Origin: an uncultured Acidobacteriota bacterium
GTDB taxonomy: Bacteria > Acidobacteriota > Thermoanaerobaculia > Gp7-AA8
Direction: 5' to 3'
Assembly (NCBI GenBank): GCA_963741955.1
Contig: CAVUKB010000008.1
Coordinates: 1-23,486, forward strand
Length of the DNA: 23,486 bases
Part shown: positions 22,255-23,486 of the stretch, piece after piece
Numbering within the stretch: the first letter of the stretch is position 1
Layout: each line of letters starts with the position of its first letter
The notes under the pieces: model-generated
The model's database searches: none
What the model was told of the DNA's origin: nothing
The model's input: the letters and a program-made list of their open reading frames with translations, nothing else
Program-made: the position numbers and the translations under genes

Positions 22255-22770
22255 ATGCCAGAACCGATCATTCCGGAAGTCTACGAACCGGATGAAACGC
22301 TCCCGCCGGACCTGGTGGCGCTGCGCCGATTCGCGGTCCTCCTCGACGCCGCCGTCCCGATCCCCGGAACTCGGCGGAGAGTGGGGCTGGATGCCGCGCT
22401 CGGCCTGATCCCCGGAGTCGGCGACGTCATCGGCGGAATCCTCTCCTTCTGGATCGTGATCGGGGCGATCCGTCATCGAGTCCCGCTCCGCTGGATCGCG
22501 CGGATGCTGATGAACATCGCCATCGACATGATCGTCGGCGCCATTCCGCTGGCCGGAGACGTCTTCGATCTTTTCTTCACCGAGAACGTCGGGAACGTCG
22601 GGATCGTCATCGGCCATCGTGATCGGAGACGTCCGCCGCGCAGCGGTGGCGACATCGTCGCCGGCGCCGTGATCGCGATCGTGATCTGCTTCGTGATCTC
22701 CGTGTTGATTCTGTCGGCCATCATCCTCGGTGTGATCTTCCTCCTTCAGCACGCTGGGCGGACAGTCTGA
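22255..22770 (+). CDS. DUF4112 domain membrane protein
   Basis: LLDAAVPIPGTRRRVGLDAALGLIPGVGD..RMLMNIAID..VGAIPLAGDVFD.FF..N is the family signature. Confidence 0.9.
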   Translation: MPEPIIPEVYEPDETLPPDLVALRRFAVLLDAAVPIPGTRRRVGLDAALGLIPGVGDVIGGILSFWIVIGAIRHRVPLRWIARMLMNIAIDMIVGAIPLAGDVFDLFFTENVGNVGIVIGHRDRRRPPRSGGDIVAGAVIAIVICFVISVLILSAIILGVIFLLQHAGRTV

Positions 22771-23486
22771 TGCTGTTTCGAAAGAACAAGCGGTCCAAAT
22801 ATCCTCGAAGGCCGACGCTGCCGATCGTGCGACGGAAGGCGCCGCTTCACTATCAGCTGCGCCATCAGTTCGGAGTGCGGGATGAAGCGTTTCCTCGCTC
22901 CATCGAGGCGATGACCGGAGCTCCTCTGCTCGACGGCAATCGCGTCGAAGTGCTGAACAACGGTGTCCGATTTTTTCCGTCGATGCTCGAAGCGATTCGC
23001 GAATCGAAACAAACCATCACGCTCGAGTTCTACATCTACTGGGACGGAGAGGTAGGAAGGACATTCGCCGAAGCGTTGGCGGAACGCGCGCGGGCCGGAG
23101 TGAGCGTCAAGGTGATCCTCGACTCGGTCGGATCCGCAACGATGTCTCAGGCACTGATCGACTTTCTCTCGCAGAACGGAATCGACATCACCTGGTATCA
23201 CTCGATCCGCTGGTACAACCTCTCGCGAATCAACCACCGGACTCACCGGAAGCTGTTGATCGTCGATGGAAGGATCGGCTTCTGCGGAGGATTCGGAATT
23301 GCGGATTTATGGCAGGGCGACGCCGATACTCCCGATCATTGGCGAGAGACCGTGGTGCGCGTCGAAGGTCCCGCCGTGACCCAGATGCAGTACGCATTCA
23401 TGGACAACTGGCTCAAGAGCCGAGGCGAAGTCCTTCCGGGACCTGCCTACTTTCCGCGGGTCTATCCCTGCGGTCCGTATCTCGTA
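22770..23486 (+). CDS. cls: Cardiolipin synthase / phospholipase D family (ClsB-like), partial; runs off the right edge
   Basis: Not in the ORF track because there is no stop in the window. ATG overlaps the DUF4112 stop (TGATG). GNRVEVLNNG..FFPSMLEAI..TITLEFYIYW..VKVILDSVGS..NHRTHRKLLIVDG (HKD motif)..WRET. Confidence 0.92.
   Translation, partial: MLFRKNKRSKYPRRPTLPIVRRKAPLHYQLRHQFGVRDEAFPRSIEAMTGAPLLDGNRVEVLNNGVRFFPSMLEAIRESKQTITLEFYIYWDGEVGRTFAEALAERARAGVSVKVILDSVGSATMSQALIDFLSQNGIDITWYHSIRWYNLSRINHRTHRKLLIVDGRIGFCGGFGIADLWQGDADTPDHWRETVVRVEGPAVTQMQYAFMDNWLKSRGEVLPGPAYFPRVYPCGPYLV

Overview
GC-rich bacterial chromosomal segment with about 20 genes for envelope, lipid and protease functions. 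An Acidobacteriota (Thermoanaerobaculia-like) origin is an inference from protein families and intergenic heptamer arrays. Most long genes are split by single-base indels, which fits an unpolished long-read consensus, so I reconstructed them across frames by hand. Left to right: partial outer-membrane beta-barrel gene, DAGK/YegS lipid kinase, lipoprotein HtrA/DegP protease, VOC/PhnB protein, Tat-signal DUF1259-like protein, a tight minus-strand operon (ElaB/DUF883-like, second small membrane protein, M16 peptidase, SprT-like metalloprotease), an AttE/AttFG-like ABC transporter, a lower-GC islet (S8 subtilase plus secreted hypothetical protein), DUF2891, AttH-like lipocalin protein, TPR + 2x cNMP-binding protein, PAP2 phosphatase, YihY/BrkB with winged helix, DUF4112 and a partial cardiolipin synthase. 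No rRNA, tRNA, CRISPR array or transposase was seen. Best leads: (1) the SprT-like protease ends in a beta-clamp-binding-like motif (QQLTLW), reminiscent of eukaryotic SPRTN; (2) a candidate orphan structured small RNA with an extended -10 at about 16272-16350; (3) a TPR-tandem-cNMP protein with no output domain; (4) a split, convergent AttEFG/AttH system; (5) heptamer repeat arrays abutting stop codons.
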